A stretch of 64,000 nucleotides of DNA from Macrostomum lignano (taxonomy: Eukaryota): contig NIVC01001424.1 in assembly GCA_002269645.1 (NCBI GenBank), positions 124,001 through 188,000 of the forward strand. Direction: 5' to 3'. Every line of letters begins with the position of its first letter. The stretch's first letter is position 1. Under the pieces are notes generated by a model. The model did no database searches. It was given only the letters and a program-made list of their open reading frames with translations, and was not told where the DNA came from. Shown in pieces: positions 61,966 through 64,000 of the stretch. The position numbers and the translations under genes are program-made.

Positions 61966-62038
61966 CAGAGTCAAGGATCGAACCCCCGACCTTTTATTCG
62001 TGAGTCTGACACACTCTAACCACTAGGCTACAATCCCT
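61966..62038 (-). other. tRNA-derived SINE head / pseudo-tRNA
   Basis: A box (TAGCCTAGTGGTTAGAG) and B box (GGTTCGATCC) at tRNA spacing, but the anticodon arm around TCACGAA does not pair. Confidence 0.55.
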
Positions 62039-62039
62039 A

Positions 62040-62690
62040 ACTAACTACTAACAGTACCACTACTACTACTACTACTATAACTATACTACTATTAGACTAC
62101 TGCTACTACTACTAACAACCATTACTATATTACCACGATACTAAAACAACAACAGAAACTACTACTACAACTACTACCTACTACTACCTACTACTACTAC
62201 TGCTACTACTACCTACTACTACTACTACTACTACTGCTACTACTACCTACTACTACTACTACCTACTACTACTACCTACTACTACCTACTACTACTGCTA
62301 CTACTACCTACTACTACTACTACCTACTACTACTACCTACTACTACCTACTACTACTGCTACTACTACCTACTACTACTACTACCTACTACTACTACCTA
62401 CTACTACCTACTACTACTGCTACTACTACTACTACTACTGCTACTACTACTACTACCTACTACTACTGCTACTACTACTACTACTACTGCTACTACTACT
62501 ACTACCTACTACTACCTACTACTACTACTACTACTGCTACTACTACTACTACCTACTACTACTGCTACTACTACTACTACCTACCTACCTACTACTACTA
62601 CCTACTACTACTACTACTACTACTACTAACACTACTATACTGCTACTACTACTATAGTGCTACTACGACTATAGTAATACGACTAATAAT
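62040..62690. repeat. (CTA)n/(CTAC) microsatellite
   Basis: Visible directly. Confidence 0.97.
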
Positions 62691-62958
62691 AACACGTTTA
62701 AAATGAAATGCAACCCAAGCAAGAAAAATTTAAAATACATATCTCAGATGCACCGCTTGACGGCTTTAACAATTTGTTTTTGAAATCGTGTTATTTTTAA
62801 AAAAAAATTTGGAGGGGAATTAAAATATTTTGACAATACAAATGTCGAAAATTTTAAACAACCGGTACACTGTCAGTGTAAAATACAAACAGGGGGAGCG
62901 GGTAATCAACGACAATAAGTAACTACTTGAAGTAGGCCAAGCCGGGCGGGCGCAAGAC

Positions 62959-63452
62959 TCAGGCCCTTCGCTGACTAAAAGCCGGACTGCTTGGCTGTTG
63001 CGGCTGTTGCTGCTGTTGCTGCTGCTGCTGCTGCTGTCCGCCAAAGACGCCGCCGCCGCCAGCAGAAGCGAAGTCGCCGAAGGTCATACCGCCGCCAGCC
63101 TGCATGGCGCTGCCGAACCCGCCGAAACCTCCGCTGCTGCCGCCTCCACTGCCAAACAGACCGCCGCCTCCGACAGGCGAAGCTGGCGACGTCGACGAAG
63201 GCGAAGTGCCTGCGAATGGCGAGGCGAATTGAGGAGCCGAATTGAACAGCCCGCCAGCGGATACACCGCCGCCGCCACCTCCGCTGAAGAGGCCGCCACC
63301 GCCACCTCCGCCTCCGCTGCCAAATAGGCCGCCAGAAGTTGAAGCCGCTGCTCCCAGGACGCTGGTGCCAGAGAACAGGCTTCCGCCGCCGCTTCCGGTT
63401 TTGGCGCCAGGGCTTGCAAACGGATTAGCGGCGCTGGGTTGACTTGATGCGC
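62959..63452 (-). CDS. NUP214: Terminal exon of an FG-repeat nucleoporin, probably NUP214; gene continues beyond the right edge
   Basis: Acceptor tcctcag. GGLFG/GGFGGFG/TFGDFA repeats ending SSPAFSQRRA*, resembling invertebrate Nup214 C-termini. The FG-Nup call is firm; the orthology is less so. Confidence 0.7.
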
Positions 63453-63574
63453 CTGAGGATTTTAATATTGTTTTTGTTGTAATTACAGCAATAGTTGAAC
63501 ATGTATTTGCTACTATTGACATATGATTTCTTACAGAAACTATTCCAATTATACAAGTGCTATTAAATGATTTA

Positions 63575-64000
63575 CTAATCTATCTACTTTACGACCTATC
63601 GTATCTACTATATGACCTACCTTATCTACTATGCGACCTACCTTATTTGTATATAACCTACCGTATCCACTCTATGACCTACCATATCTACGATATGACC
63701 TACTGTATCTACTCTGTGACCTACCGACTACCGTATATACTCAGTGACCTACCGCATCTACTCTATGACCTACCGCATCTACTCTATGACCTAGCGTATC
63801 TACGATATGACCTACTGTATCTACTCTGTGACCTACTGACTACCGTATATACTCTGTGGCCTACCGCATCTACTCTATGACCTACCGTATCTACTCTATG
63901 ACCTACTATAACTACTATATGACCTACCGTATCTACTCTATGACCTACTTGACCTACTATATCTACTATACGACCTACCTTATTTGTATATGACATACCG
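63575..64000. repeat. ~21-22-bp degenerate minisatellite in the nucleoporin intron
   Basis: CTACCGTATCTACTCTATGAC-like units. Confidence 0.9.

Noticed and set aside
61966-62038. Functional tRNA-Val(CAC) gene
   Set aside because: The anticodon and acceptor stems do not pair; treated as a SINE head or pseudo-tRNA.

Overview
This is AT-rich, repeat-dense metazoan genomic DNA in the standard genetic code, with GC-rich spliced exons. The style (poly-Q/poly-A exons, a different minisatellite filling almost every intron, huge GACA/GATA tracts) resembles a macrostomid flatworm such as Macrostomum, but the species is my inference. Genes I could build by hand with consistent splice phases: the 5' part of a HECT E3 ligase, UBE3C-like (minus strand, 8 coding exons, 13191->239, running off the left edge); a TMEM179-family gene (plus strand, 4 exons, 30654-37909); two RPL10A/uL1 copies 15 kb apart encoding identical proteins (minus strand); and the last FG-repeat exon of a nucleoporin, probably NUP214 (minus strand). 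The rest is mobile DNA and repeats. These include a ~13 kb inverted duplication (arms ~14.1-19.3 kb and ~20.6-27.1 kb) carrying mirrored RTE-like RT fragments around a mariner remnant. There are also two Penelope-like insertions with TSDs and three minimal hammerhead-ribozyme motifs, and a Gypsy gag-protease cassette bounded by INVERTED LTR ends inside a TMEM179 intron. Several MITEs have exact TSDs. The most unusual signal is in decayed LTR elements: their U5 regions end in a repeat-spacer array of [LTR end + tRNA-Leu-like primer-binding site + unique A-rich spacer]. All coordinates and alignments were read by eye; no searches were run.
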